DNA of 64,000 nt, from assembly GCA_030390025.1 (NCBI GenBank), contig CM059432.1, positions 97,342,001 to 97,406,000 of the forward strand, read 5' to 3'. The stretch is from Squalus acanthias (lineage: Eukaryota). A program made the position numbers and the translations under genes. The notes beneath the pieces were generated by a model. That model did not search any database. It saw nothing but the letters and a program-made list of their open reading frames with translations, and was not told the DNA's origin. Positions 22,110 to 36,117 of the stretch are shown piece after piece (positions within the stretch are counted from its first letter, which is position 1; each line of letters opens with the position of its first letter).

Positions 22110-24917
22110 GGGGGGAAATTGGCTCGCGCCCCCTTTGGGGCAATAACCAGTAGCGCCCCCGTGCCCACAATTCAATGGTAGCACCCCAAGCAGGAGGCGG
22201 GGTGCTACTGGAAGGCTAATTATCACCGCCGACCGCAAAATTCACCTCCATTGCCCCTGGAGGTGATTGGAGCACTAAATCAAGCGCTACATACCTCTCT
22301 TAAAGCGCTAACATCGGGGAGGGAGGCGCTACCTCAGAACGCTACCGAAGCTCAGGCAATGTCAATTACCATGAAACTCAGACAGACTGGCGCCATCCAG
22401 TTCTTAAAGGGGTGGGGCCATCTTGCTGCCTAGCCACACCCTGCTCATTGCAACATTGAATCTCGGCCTTGAAACACCTAACCACCATTATACTTAAAGA
22501 AGTGATGGATAGGCCCAGGGAGAGAGCTCGGCGCTTTAGCGACCAGGCATTGATGGCTCTGGTTGGCGCTGTTGAATGGCGATGGGCAGTGCTCTTCCCA
22601 GAGAGTGGCAGGAGGCCATTGCTCCGGGAGTTTCGAAGAGTGTGGAGGGAGGTGGCCCAGCACGTGTCATCAAGGAGGATGACAGCATTCCTGCTCCCAC
22701 CACTTCCACTTCCCCATTGCACTTGCCACTGCCTGCAACACAGCCAGCCCAGACTGCTGCCGCCCATGCAGAGTTGGTGCAGTCTGCAGCCGGGCCCTTC
22801 AGGCCCAGAGCTGGTCGAGGGCGTACTGCAAGGCCATCTCCAGTCTGGATCCAACATTCAGCAGCCTTCCGCCAGCCTTGCTGCAGCCACTGGGGCCACA
22901 TTACGGAGGAGCAGTAGGGTGGGAAGGGGGGAAGTGCGTAGGGAATGGAGGTCACCCTCGAAGGCTGAAAAGTAGAAATTATTAATAAATGGGGGGAATG
23001 TTTGTGGGAAAGTTTGATGTTCATCTTAATATATTTGTTTACTGCTTTGATGCTTATCTTGATGTTGGGAGAACGAGTTTTGTCAGTTTATGAATTGTTG
23101 GGTTTGTTTCTAATTGTTTGTCCTGAATAAATAAGATAGAGTTTGTAATATAAAAAAAAAATTATTGTTACTTTACAACTTTGCTGATTTGACTCATTGG
23201 AGCTCTGCCCAGCAATAGGGGCTGCGGGATGCCAAAAGCCATCTTCTCTGTCATTCATGTATTATCAGGCGTTCACGGACGGCCCTTGCAGAAGCAGCAT
23301 TGTGCACCTTCCTCCCACGTTGGTGCTGCTGATCCTCCTCTTCATCCTCCTCCTCTGCCTCCTCCTCCTCCTCCTCCTCTCCCTCTTCCTCCTCTCCCCC
23401 TTCCTCCTCCTGAGGTGGTGCACCAATCCCTGGTGGCAATGGCTGGGTCCTCATAATTGCGAGGTTGTGAAGCATGCAGCACACAACAATGACAAGTGAG
23501 ACTCACTCGGGAGAGTACTGCAGGGCTCCTCCAGAGTGGTCAAGACACCAGAATTGTTGTTTCAAGACGCCGATCGTCTGCTCTATGAGGTTCCTGGTGG
23601 CGCTATGGCCATCATTGTATTGGAGCTCAGCAGGAGTGTTGGGGGTACGAAGCAATGTCATCAGTCAGGTGCAGAGTGGATAACCCTTGTCCCCGAGGTT
23701 GATATGGTGGTTGGAAGAGGTCTGGGACACCAGCCTAGTGCAGGATTAAAGCATCGTGGCTGCTGCAAGGATAGCGGGCACTGATAGCGAGGATGCGCTG
23801 TCTGTGGTCGCACACCAACTGGACATTCAGAGAGTGGAAGCCCTTGTGGTTTCGGAACACCTCTGCATTCTCATGAGGGGCTCATAATATCACATGCGTG
23901 CAGTCAATGGTGCCCTGAACTATGGGGAAGCTCGCTATCTTAGCAAAGCCATATGCGCATTCACGCTGTTTGTCCCGGGTCATGGGGAAAGAGATGCACT
24001 GCCTTCCCCTTTTGTACAGAGCATTTGTCACCTTCCAGATGCAGCAATGGACAGCGAACTGGGAGATATTCGCTATGTCCCCAGTTGAAGCCTGGAAGGA
24101 ACCGCTGGCATAAAAATTCAGAGCCACCGTCACTTTAACTGCCACTGACAGATACGTCCTGGTCCTGGGCTGAGGATGCAGATCTGGTTGCAGGAGATGG
24201 CAGAGCTCTATGATCACCTCCTTGCTGAAGCGCAGCCTTCTAAATCACTGCTCCTCGGACAAATGAATATAGGAGAATTGTTCCCGGAATACCCTGGGAG
24301 AGTAAGGTCTCCTGTGCAGAGCCCTGTTGGCCCTCCTCCCTCTGGCCATGTTTGCCACTCTCTCTCTGCGACTCTGCTGCCTCCGAAGGTGAAGCTGGAG
24401 GACGATGCCCCGAGTTAGTGCAGCCCCAATAAAATCTTCTAAATGTGCTAAATATGAAGCTCAGATAAATAGGAACCTCAAAAGTGGTTCTGAGGACCAA
24501 AACTCCTTACGACAGCATTAACTCTCCAGACGTCTCTCTCCCTCTCAACCTGCGTATACCAAAAATTTTGCCGACAAGAAAAAGCAGGAAGCGCCCTCCT
24601 TTAAATAGCGCTCCCCGAGCCCTTTCCTGACTTCAAAACGTTCCCCTCTACCTGTCCTTCCTAGTGGCAGGCGCTAAGGCAGGGGGCGCGATTCAATTTC
24701 CGGTCCAGGGCGCTACCGGGGCGTTGCACGCTTGCATGATGTCACGATCTGCGGGCGCAGGAGATCGTGGTGGTAGTGTTTAGCGCCACTGCAAAACGAC
24801 CAGTTAATTTCGCGAGTGCCACTAAAATCGCCGCTCTCGGGCGCTAAGTTGCTAGTGCCCCGTTAGCGCCCCCCAGAGGCGTTACTGTGAGGCGCTAACC
24901 AACCAAATTTTTTCCCC
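22110..24917. mobile_element. PIF/Harbinger transposon with internally deleted Myb-like gene (+) and HARBI1-like gene (-)
   Basis: Ends GGGGGGAAATTGG...GCGCC and GGCGCTAACCAACCAAATTTTTTCCCC. Myb domain MDRPRERARRFSDQALMALVGAVEW...VWREVAQHVS from 22505 joins directly to the C-terminal EDDSIPAP...QPAQTAAAHAE segment. Confidence 0.85.
23194..24430 (-). pseudogene. Harbinger DDE transposase (HARBI1-like)
   Basis: ELCHLLQPDL...AVKVTVALNFYASGSFQ...ISQFAVHCCI...VQGTIDCTH, then CCMLHNLAIMR followed by a poly-E tail; frameshifted. Confidence 0.88.
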
Positions 24918-26119
24918 AATGGGTTAACACCTCTGCTAAAATAGGGGAGAGACGAGTTTCATGCATAATTGGATGCCATAATCCTGCAGACTAATTTCAG
25001 GGTCAATGTCCTTAAATAATCTTTCCTCAAATGACTTTGTCAGAGTTTTAATTATGATCTGAAGTTTTTGGCTTCAAAAGCACTTTAATCTCTTATGCAT
25101 GGTTTGATGTGAAACATAATTTGAATTAGTCTCTTGGTGAGCTGAAGTGGCTTACAACTATTTTTCTGAGCAATAATAGTTTTATCAGCCAGTCGAGTTC
25201 AGTGGTTAATTATTCTAAATAGCTAATTAGAACAGCTAATTCATGTACTTACAAATAGAAGCAGGAGTTGAAATCACTTGAGTTATATTAAGTTATATAG
25301 CAATCATCATCACAAATGCTGACTAAGGTTCTAAAATGTCAAGGATTCTTTAATGTTCCTTTCATGAGACACTTAGGAGAATGCTAAAACCTATTTGATG
25401 CATACGCCTGATTAAGACAATCCTTTCGTTGCAACAAACCTTGGGCCCTATTTTTGAACTTTTAAGTGTAAAAGCAGTTTATTCTGATTTGTGATGGTAT
25501 CAGCATGAACATGCCACTAAGCCAGTCAAGGCCCACTTTTGACTCCACCAAGCTTTAACTTATCATCAGCAGTAAATAAAGACATTCAATTGGTAAACAA
25601 CTGGGGAGCCTGTAGGTAATAGTATTGCAAATACTAGCGTGAGAGCTGATCAGAAAATGACACATATCCCTAAAACCCCCCAGAAAATCCAGCAGGAGGT
25701 AGATTTTATGGCGGAGAAAACAATGACTACAAGGTCAACATCCTTAGCACATCCAGCCACAAAACTGGGATGAGAAAATAGAAGCACCTCCTGGTACAGG
25801 TCTGAAGACATTTCAGTGACATGAGCAAGGATCATTTTTAACCTATAAACCAGAAGACCAACCAGCGGTGAACTGCACAACTGAAAGGGCCAACACCAGG
25901 AGAGGGTTGCAGTTTTTTTTTTAAGCAGATATAGAAATTGTTACAGATTTGATGGGGGCGGGACAATGACACTGACTTTGGTAAATTTCCTCTCGACACA
26001 AGCTGCTTTTACAAAGAACATCTAGATATTGTTAAATATCAATCTATTATATATTAAAAAAGGTGAGTAATCTCAAAGATTCCAAAAGTACTGCACCTGC
26101 AGGTGGCACTGTAAACATA

Positions 26120-26879
26120 GGCCCAGAAATTAAACATCGATGGTTCCCGCGGGGGTAAGGATTCCCCGTGATATCGCACTCCGCGCCTTTTTGTTTGGGG
26201 CCCACACGAACTTTAGTTTCAGGGCCTCTCCCTGTTGCAACCGTGCAGTGCTTGCGTGTCCCAGAGGCGCAATTAGTTCGTGCGAGCTCTGGGATCACGT
26301 GATTCAGTTAGAGCCAATGGCAGCACACCATCTTTCATTCATAGTTTTGACAGCAAGGGCTGTCAAAGCTATGAATACTACAAGCCCCCAAAAGAACAGC
26401 TAAACCTCAAATAAATTAAAAAAAAAGCCATCACATTAATAAAATAACTATAGTTAAATAAATTAACCACTTTAAACAAAAAATTACATTTTTGAAAAAA
26501 TTTAAAATCTTTTTAAAAGTTATAAAAATAAACTTACCTTTCTTTAAAGTCTCTAAAAAAGATAAACCTGTTGAAAAAAATTTAAAATAACACTTAATTA
26601 ACTACTTACCTTGTTAAAAGGGGGTCCTACGCCTGCTTTCTTTATGTGTAAAATCTTCACCACTTACCTGCGCGTTCAAACCTGAAAAAAAAACTAAGTG
26701 CACTGCGTGCGCACAACCTGTAGTGCGCACGTGGTTCACTTAGGAACCGCCCCCTTTGCAATATACGAAGTGCCGGTTTCCCGCGCATGCGCAGTGCATG
26801 CAGGAAACCGGCAATTCGGGACCTAATACGCGAGAGTACACAGTGCGTACTCTCACGTATTAGGTCTAATTTTCGGGCC
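26120..26879. mobile_element. Harbinger-type MITE related to 1694-2353
   Basis: TIR GGCCCAGAAATTA / TAATTTTCGGGCC. Shares internal motifs with 1694-2353 (CTGGGATCAC, CTGTCAAA, AAATAAACTTACCTT, GCGCATGC..GAAACCGGCA). TSD not clear. Confidence 0.7.
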
Positions 26880-26928
26880 AATGTGTTATGTGAACAAGTA
26901 TTTACAATAGGGCGGCACGTGACATCAC

Positions 26929-27120
26929 ATGAACAACAACTTGCATTTATACAGCGCCTTTAACGTAGTAAAACATCCCAAGGCGCTTCACAGGAGTGAT
27001 TATCAGAAAAAAATTGACACCGACTCACTTAAGGAGATATTAGGACAGGTGACCAAAAACTTGGTCAAAGAGGTAGGTTTTATGGAGCATCTTAAAGGAA
27101 GAGAGAGAGGCGGAGAGGGA
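26929..27120 (-). mobile_element. L2 LINE 3' fragment
   Basis: AACAACAACTTGCATTTATACAGCGCC...TTGGTCAAAGAGGTAGGTTTT closely resembles the L2 end at 62082-62270. Confidence 0.8.
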
Positions 27121-29315
27121 AGTCCAGAGCTTATGGGTATAATTACTTACAATGGGGCAGCATCTGACAGACTCATCCTCAACCTTCAGAATCCTAAGGT
27201 CTTCCTTTCAAAAGAAAAACTGCAGCCCCTTGTGCCCAAAATATGTGGAAGCGAACACAGCAACGGTTTATAAAATCAAAGCGATCAAAAGCGTTTGCTA
27301 TTGAAGATTATTGAAATGTTGAACTGGAAAGCTGATACCACTCAACAAAAGTCCATCAGCCAGGCAACTCAAAAACTTCCGCATCACATAGCAAGGCTGA
27401 TAGAGCCAATTAAAGCGCAAAAGTGCAAAAGTGCAAAAATATAATTAGCTGAATATTGAACAGAATATTAATTGAAGCATTCATTTGATAGATTGAAAAG
27501 GAAGCAATTGGCCGAAGAAGCGGGAGTGAAACACCCCGTCACGTTCCCAAAATCTCCCACTCTCTCAACAAATAGACAACCCAGCTAGAGCAGCAAAGTA
27601 GTAAATTGTCATTGAGGAAAATCAGAAGTGAACAGAGAATGAGTGCACCAACCCAACTCCTCCCCACCCCCCTCGACAATAAGATCAGATCAAAGAAAAA
27701 TACTTTTATTTCCCTCTTGAATTTGTGAACCTGAAATGATGCATAGAAGTTATCAAGCATATTGTTAACTGCCATGCCCTGAAGTACAAAATATTTCCAT
27801 TTAGTATATGATAGGATTTTATACAGGTTCGGTGTTATGCTACAAATTACAGATTGGATGTTCCAGTAATGAACCATGCCTAATTGGGGCCTGGGGGAAA
27901 AGTCGAAATAGCTATATTAAAGAATATTTAAAGTGATTAGCAAAACATTTAGAGCCTACACAGTTATGCTGTTGAGTCAATACAATTAATTGCCACTAAC
28001 TTATGTGGATGTGAAGTATTTGATTCCCAAAAAGATGGTCAGATACTAACTTACTGCAGTATTTTAAAAAAATGTCAGGAAGCAAAAACTGAAACCAGGA
28101 TTGTAATTAATTCTACACATCAGTTTTACATTACCTAAAAGCACTACATGTGGGACAATACTATTTCAATACATAATTAAATTGGTCTATATTAAGATAT
28201 GTGTGGGGGATACCTGCATGCAAAATCTCAAATTGTGCAGATAATTTAACTGTCAATTCTGTAATTTATTTCCTTTCAGCACATCATCTGCGGGCAATGA
28301 ATTCTTCCTACATCAGTGCAGCAACTCTGTAGGACATGGAGGTCACAAATTAATCTCTTCTCTTGAAAATCTTTTGAGTTTATTATTCTGTAGTTTAAAA
28401 ATATCTGAGATAAGAATGAAAATGGAATGGAATTTATAAGTATATTTAATTGTTCATCTGTATAATTATTATTAATAATGCCATTTTAATTGGTTTTCAT
28501 CTCTATAATATTCATTATGAAAGGATATCATTATTTGTGTTCCAAGTGTCCAATTGATTATAATGTCCTTTTTATAGCAATTAATCAGCCAAAGTAATCA
28601 ATTATTATGATTAAACATAGATTTTCTGAGGAAAGAGAAAACGATCTTGATTATACTTAAGAGAAAATAAAATATTTGATCCCAATAAGTTATGAAGGTG
28701 AAAAGATAGTGTTGTTTCAATAATCCACAATCTCAGATGTTTCGTTATTAGATTTGAAATATGTTTTTTTCCTAAATGTTTTGAGGTTTATATTACAATT
28801 TTATGACAAAATCGATGGACCTATTTTTGGGTTCAGGTTATCTAATAGATTTCCTCACTGTTGCTTATCATTGAAATGTTATTTGCTCTGCTGCAGCATG
28901 CTTTTATATTGATAGTCTTGATCTTTTGAGAAGGTTGAGTAGGTATAATTGGGCTAGAACAAGCAAAAATATCAATGTTCTGAAAAGTTTACTTAAATAT
29001 TGTTTGAAAGTCTGTGAAAAATGTCTTTCACCACCTTTGGAGGTGGTCTGGTACATTCACTGGCAAAGCATTCGGCTGTTAACTCAGTCTTGGTTGTCAT
29101 TTGTTTTCAACTTAATTGCAGAAATTTAACGCAATGGTGTTCTCATTCAGCTGTAGTTGTTGCTGTAAATTAAAACATTTGAAAGATGTGAGGAAATTAA
29201 GGGGGGAGGGGTGTCATTTTTGTGCTGAGTGGTAGTCAATTAACAGTCAGCAATAATGGAGAAAAAGGTCAGCACTTTTCTCCGTGCTGATGCAGTGCAT
29301 ATACTTAAATATCTA

Positions 29316-31391
29316 GACCTAGAAATTGGGCTACTTACCGCCACCCGTTAGCGGCATAGTCCTGAAAAAAATGGCGGCTGCCATTCTAACACCTGCACCT
29401 GCCGTTAGCAGTGCTGGCCCTTGACATGCAAATCTGGAGAGCGTGACATCAGTCGGCATGCAACGCCAACTTAACGGCACGCTCTGCGGACTTTGATCTT
29501 TACGCTGAGTTTAGTGTTGTGTCCTAAGCTCGCTCTGAATACCAATAGATGATAAAAGATTTTAAAGTGTGCAGAGAATGCTGTTGGATGCCTGCAAGGC
29601 CTTGGATGGTAAAGGAAAGTGTCTGAGAAGACACAAAATGCTGGAAATACTCAGCTGGTCAGGCAGCATCTATGGAGAGAGAAACAGAGTTCACATCTCA
29701 GGTCAAAATGTTGCCTGACCTGTTAAGTATTTCCAGCATTTTCTGCTTTTATTTCAGATTTCCAGCATCAGCTCGCAGAGGGAAGAGGAAGATGCAGAGG
29801 AGGGAGATGCAGAGGAGGGAGACGCAGAGGAGGGATACGCAGAGGGGGAAGAAGCAAAAGGAAGGATGCAACCCAGACAGCCCCTTTCTGGCCAGGATAT
29901 CTGGGATGGAATCATCCGCCTGCGGTACCAGTGACCACAACCCCAATTCCCCTTTCAACATTTGTCCCACACCTTAACTTCCCTCTGTTACTGACCATCA
30001 CAATATCCTCTTGGCCACAATGCTGAAGTAAAAGCCACCACAAAGCAAACTTTCCAATCCAACTTTATACATCTATCCATCCAATATGACTTCAAGAAAT
30101 CAACTCATCACCCTTATGCATTCCCTTAGTGACTGTCTTGTGTGTGCCTTTGCCTATCCTACTGATGTCACAAAGTGCTACCCCAGTGCCTACAGCATGG
30201 CTGGTGGAAGGCTGCTGACTTTCAGTGGGGGGACACTGCAAATGGCCTTGCTGGTCGACATTGAAGAGATGGTGGCAGGGAGTGTGATGTTTCTTCTTCT
30301 TCTTCTTCTTCTTCACTTTCTATTCCCTCTTCTTGGTCAACCACTGGCTGGGCAGGCTGCATTTCTTGGGTGCGTGAAATGAGGAAAGTACAAGAGTGGA
30401 GTTGTGGTGAGGGGATTGCAGTAAAGCAAGAGATGCATGCGAGAAGGAGGATACCGTATGAAGATGCCAGCATCTTGTATCCTTTCAGCCCCGCCACTGT
30501 CCAAGGGCTCAGCCATGCCCCTGGCAAGAATGGCCAGCACCATCTTCCCCAAGGGGGTGAGTTTAAGCTAGGAATGGGAGGTGAGCCTCATGTTTGGTAC
30601 AGATTGTTGGTAGGTGAGTGATGGGGGGTGGGGTCATGCAATAAGCAGTGTGCGAGGCTAGTGATGCAGTTGGTAAGAGATGGATTTTGAAGATGCATTC
30701 ACTGACCTTGACCACTGGTCTGAGGTCATGAAGCTTCTTTGGGCATTAGGCCAGGTGGTGGTGGTGACACTGTTGGCAGTGATGGCCTCGGTGATCTGGT
30801 CCCACCTCGTTCTTTCTGGAGGGCCTCCTGGCCCTTGTGGGTAGAGGACCTCTCTTGCAGTGTTGACCCCCTGCACAAAGCTGGAGTGCTGTGTGCGAGA
30901 CCCTGGTGCCCCTTCCTTGGCTTGTTGAACCATTTGTGTTAGTGCTGAAGCACTTTCCCCATTTTTTTAGGTACGGAAGGCAATTCAGCTTTAAGAGCTG
31001 AAGACTGCCATTTGGGGATTCATTTTAATGTTTATTTTTTTTCAGTAGGCATTTGAGCTGTAAGGGCTAAAAATTGCCTATTTTTAAATGATTTTTATTT
31101 TTTACATTTTAGAAGGCAGTTCCCCTTTAAGGAACTGCTTTCTAAAATGACAGGCTAGCTTTGAGAGAAGGCTGTTCTTGCTGCAATGATGCTACAGCTA
31201 CGCTACACTGGACCTCCCACTGAGACTACCGCCTGAAAACTAGCCTTAAACAGTACGTTTAGCACTGTGCTAATATTAATTAGTAAGCAGCACCAATACA
31301 CAGGTGCTACCAGTGCTATTAATTTCGGCGACCATTCACTGTGGCCCACGGTGCCACCGGCAGGTTTTCAGCACTCTGGAATTTATAGGCC
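29316..31391 (-). mobile_element. Non-autonomous Harbinger (Myb-like remnant -, HARBI1 acidic C-terminus +) carrying an inverted Penelope remnant
   Basis: TIR GACCTAGAAATT / AATTTATAGGCC with TSD CTA (29313-29315, 31392-31394). Myb exon 1 remnant MVQQAKEGAP...WDQITEAI at 30933-30705 and end ...KGMHKGDELIS. Penelope-type arms at 29635-29742. Confidence 0.8.
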
Positions 31392-34300
31392 CTAGAATCT
31401 TAGGTTCTTGCAGCAGTATTCCCCGAGGCTGTCCTCGCCTCGCTGCAGCTGCCGCGATTCCTGAGGCCCGGGAACCCCGGTTAAACAGTTAAACTTGCAA
31501 AGCAGGTTAAATCAGAGGCTTCCAGCCTCATTATCATATTTAAATTGTCAACCCGTCTCCTGGGAGAGGGTTGGCTGCCTGCCCCTGTCCCACCTCTGTT
31601 AAAACTGGAAGTGGTCGGGTTGGAGGTGGGTTGGGGTCAGGTTTCAGATTTTTAACACTTTAATCTCCCACCTGACCCCAATCCACCCATTTTTGGGGAT
31701 TAAAATTCCCCTCTGGTGGTAGGTTGACATGCTTTGCATTTCCTTTATCCTTTTGTAGTTTGGTTTACTGCATTAATCATAAGAATATAAGAAACTGTGG
31801 AATCACAAAATACCAAGGACCTCCTGAAGCAGCCTCTGCCCATAACGCCCATGACATTATCTTCCAGTGCAGACAGTATGTGGATGGACACTCACCCTCC
31901 GCCTGTCCTCGCTGTTTCCATGTATTGCAAGAAAGAAGGCAGTGTGTTAATAGCAGCCCTTGTCAGGTCATTAAACTTTTCCCTGCATTGTAGCTAGCTC
32001 CTTGGTGCAATACTTCACCCGCTGACCTGCTCTGTCATTTCTGCTCATTGGTGAAGGGCAACTCGCCTGGATATCTTCCTCCCATTGGCTGTAAAGTGGA
32101 TGTCTCTTCTCCAGCAACACCTCCAGTGTCTGGAAACCAGGAGTTCATTTACAGCTTCACCTCTGGCTGCCATTTTTACAATTCTCTAATGGTACTGATT
32201 ACAGTCAAGTTGCACCTCCCCTTTAAAAGATGCAGGCTACCTTTAAATAGTGTCAAGGATGACCGATATTCCCGCACCCCATTGGATGAATTGCCAATTA
32301 AGAACTCGAGTAGCACTGGCAGTCCGCCTATTCTAGGTAAAAGAGGCAACGGGACCAATTTTGCTCGTTCCTTGCGCCCAAGTGATCGGGTGCGCGCTCT
32401 GAGCGCGCCACCCATTCTGTGGCCAAAACGGGCCGAAGCCAATTTCTCCCCCAGTATATCTAGTGGCAAGATGAATAATGGGGATTGTAGCTTATTCTTT
32501 TAAGTGAGAAGACTATTGTCTAAGGAACACTAGATGAAAATCTCAAAGTACTGCCAAAGCACAGCATGTTATTGCCAAAATGTTGATATGACATTTTTTA
32601 TGTTTCAAATGTATTTTTCTAAACAGCTGTGCCAATAGAAATTTTTCCAATAAACCAGTAAGTCAACTACAAATCTATGCTCCCTGTGATTGCCCTGAAA
32701 ACCTGACCTGAGAAGAATTCATCTCTTCTAAATTTCCACACAGCTTTAGAAATTCAGTTTTGATGTCGATTATAACTACTTCACTTTATGTGATTATGAT
32801 CTATTTTAGGCTTTTGTCATTCAAACCAGCATCCTTTACAGTTTTATAAAGTTTCCTTGTAAAAGAAAGCCAGCTGTGCTGTTCACATATTGAACAAGAG
32901 CCAGCAATTCAATTGCATTTTACTCCATGTTTAACTCGGGGCAAACGGCAAGTGTGGAGCCATCGGAGTGAGCAGCAGCCTCGCCCTGGCTCGCTGATGT
33001 GAGGCTCGAGCCATTTTAACTCCCAAGCCTCGTTTCAATAAGTCAGGCCTGACTCCCGTCCGAACCCCAATGTCAATGATGTGAGGCCGTTGGGAGGGAG
33101 CAAGGCAATCACGGCAGGAGGGTGTCGCCGGAGACACGGGGGAACGGTTCCCGGCTCTAAGGTAAGTGAATCGGGGGATAGAGGCGATCATGGTCGGGGG
33201 AGCGGATAGAAAACTTTGAGCAGGGAAGGCCCAAGGTTTCCTTGTGGGGCCCGGAGGATCACACCTGTTCCTACCAGCCCACAATGAAACCTGAAAAAAC
33301 AAATTAACTCACTTTCTCAGCCCTCTTCTGGACCTGCTGCTCCTTGGTGCCAGATTCCCTGGCGGCATCAGGCGCCTAACTAAAAACGAGTTAAAATGAT
33401 GTTGGGCTCTAAATGACATCATCATACCCAACTTTTGCATTCCAATAATTCCCTAGCCTGTTAAAATGAGTGCGAGTGTGGCATGGACAAGGTGTGTACC
33501 ACGTGGCCGATATTTAAGCCCCTCACGTATTCCATTTTCATCGGGCACAGTGGATTAAAATCTCAGCTTTTGTCTTTTAATGCCGTCTTCAATTTGTTTT
33601 GTTGGTTAGTTAATTGCATTCTTCAAATACTTTTTGTAGATGGTTAGTTGGAACTCTTCATTTCATAAGTAGATACAGCGGCTGATAGGAAATGTTTACT
33701 TGGACAACAATTTACTTGAAGAACTTACAATCTATACACAGACATTTAAAATGACAGAAATGTATGAATTTACACTCAGCACTGTGGTGGAAGAGCACAT
33801 CGGGAATTTGGGCCTGGAGTTCAGCAGACCCTGCAAGATGTTGTAAAATCCACCCCATAGACTCATTAGAGAACAGCAAACTATTAAAGTGTCACTATAT
33901 TGTGATACATATGAACTAGGCAGCCCTGAAATCATGCTTTATTGTGAAAAGTCTCATCAGATGTGTGTTCTTTATTGTTGGGGCCGTCAGGAGGCCCAAA
34001 ACAGAACACATGTCTGCGCTTAGCATGTGTGGGTTTAGCAGGGCCTACCAAGCATGAGCTGGGCAGAATCCCTGAAGTAGCCCAGGAACGTCTCCTGACA
34101 TGCTGCTAAAGCTGCAGATTTAATGGGGCAGGTTTAATAAATGCCCTCCTTTCCTAGACTATAATATATGTGGGGCACAAAGTCAGCTGATCCAGGTGCT
34201 GCCCCAATTTACACCCCCTGCCAGAATCGCACTGGAGTTCCATGCTCCCTCCATCTGGAGTTTCTAGCCTTAAATCTTACCAGAAGATTCATTTTCTTTA

Positions 34301-36079
34301 TAAATATGTATTAATGCCCACACTGAGTTGTAAAATTACAAATGGTTTGAACATTTAAAAATTATCTGGACAATAATATAAATAAACCTCTAGAATATAT
34401 ATTGATCTTGAAAGTACATGTGATGGAAATATTTGAACAAAAATAAAATGGTGTTCATACTTTTATGTGAGAAATAAGGTCCAAACAAATTCAATAGTAA
34501 ATTATCCATTGGGACTATTGGACACCAATAAGACAGGAAATAACAAAACTAACACTTCAGTAAAGCAATAAAATAGAGTGAAACTGTTCTGTGAGAAGAC
34601 TACCACAATACTTAATATAGTTTGCAGACATGTGTATAAATAATCTTTATGAATGCAGACCTAGGCTTCTGCTCAGATGGAACATTACCTTTAAAATTAT
34701 AATGACAATTAACTGGAGTAAGTGGTGTGGAGGTTGACAATTGCCATAGGGGAAAATGCACTCGCAAGAAGGAAAATAGCATGTTACAGTACTCCTTACA
34801 TTTTTTTCACATTTAACAATAAGGTCAGAATGAGACCATGAATTCTGTGCTAAATATAGGGATAATGCATCTGCAATTAGGTGAGGAAAGAATGGTTGAT
34901 ATTTTACCTATTTTGTTCTAGACAGACTGATAATTAGCATTTAGTCAATAACTCAGATAGATGAGGAGTTGAATATCAGTTAGTACTGGGCTAAAACCTC
35001 GAAAAAATCTGATGCAGGTTGCTTAATTAATAACTGACAAGAACCCGGAATGTTAAATTGACTTGTCATTGTACATTCGCATTTATATAGACAGGACAAT
35101 TAAATTTTGTAAATGACTTCTGAATTGTGTTTACCAGCATAAATAAATATGTAAAAAAAGTCTCCATCCATAAACAGTGTAATGCAAGTGTTTGACAGCA
35201 ACATGCATTTGAAGGAAAAATGTGGGGTCTTGTGTAGCCCCTGGGGGTAGGAAACTTTATAATTAATTATGATTACTTTAAAATTTATGTCTCAGGTGTC
35301 GACCCCCACTGCCAAATTACTTTTTTTTATGGTTCAACAGAAATTTATGGTTCAACGTGAAATATACTTGGCACAGCAGATTTTGCAGAGCTGAACAGGA
35401 ACTGCAGTATAGTTACAAGCTTAGGTTATAATGATGTGCTGCAGCTGATAAATACCTTTTCATAATTGTGCCTACCACAGTAGAGTCAAGGTGATTGTAA
35501 GTATTCTTGCTGTGGAATTTTAATGAGTTATCAGTGAAATTAATGGTAATAACTACAGCAAAAGGTGCTGTGAAATACTTGAAACAGGTTGAAGGGAAAA
35601 TGTATAATCATCTTGAGTGAATTACTTTCCTCTTTCTTTACAATAAAATACAATTAAAGCAAATATACACACACACATATATATATATATCATAACATTT
35701 GCTAAAATAATACAATTTTTCTGGGCAATGCAACCTGAGTTACAATTGTAGAATACTTTACAATTTGTTTAAAAGATGAATCTGCGGTTGTCAAGGTGTT
35801 GGATGACTGAACAGGAGAATAATTTTTTTGTACTGACTGATAGCATCAACCATACCTAGGTGGGACAGAGCACAAGATAGCGTACTTGAAGGATAAGCTT
35901 CCGATTATGTTTAGCTAAATATGCCTCCACCCCTAAACACTTCAGCCTATACCAGAGTAGCAATTCCACCTCTCACACTGATTACCCTTTAGCATCTTGC
36001 AGTGAGGTTGGCCACTTAGTGCTAATAATTATGAGAAGTCGCACAACACCAGGTTATAGTCCAACAGATTTATTTAATT

Positions 36080-36117
36080 TTACAAGCTTTCGGAGCTATC
36101 GCTCCTTCGTCAGGTAA
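36080..36117 (-). ncRNA. Minimal hammerhead ribozyme, left arm
   Basis: Exact reverse complement of 38541-38578. Confidence 0.82.

Noticed and set aside
29780..29855. 15-nt tandem repeats (GATGCAGAGGAGGGA) as an array system
   Set aside because: No spacers are present; they encode the acidic low-complexity tail of the Harbinger transposase.
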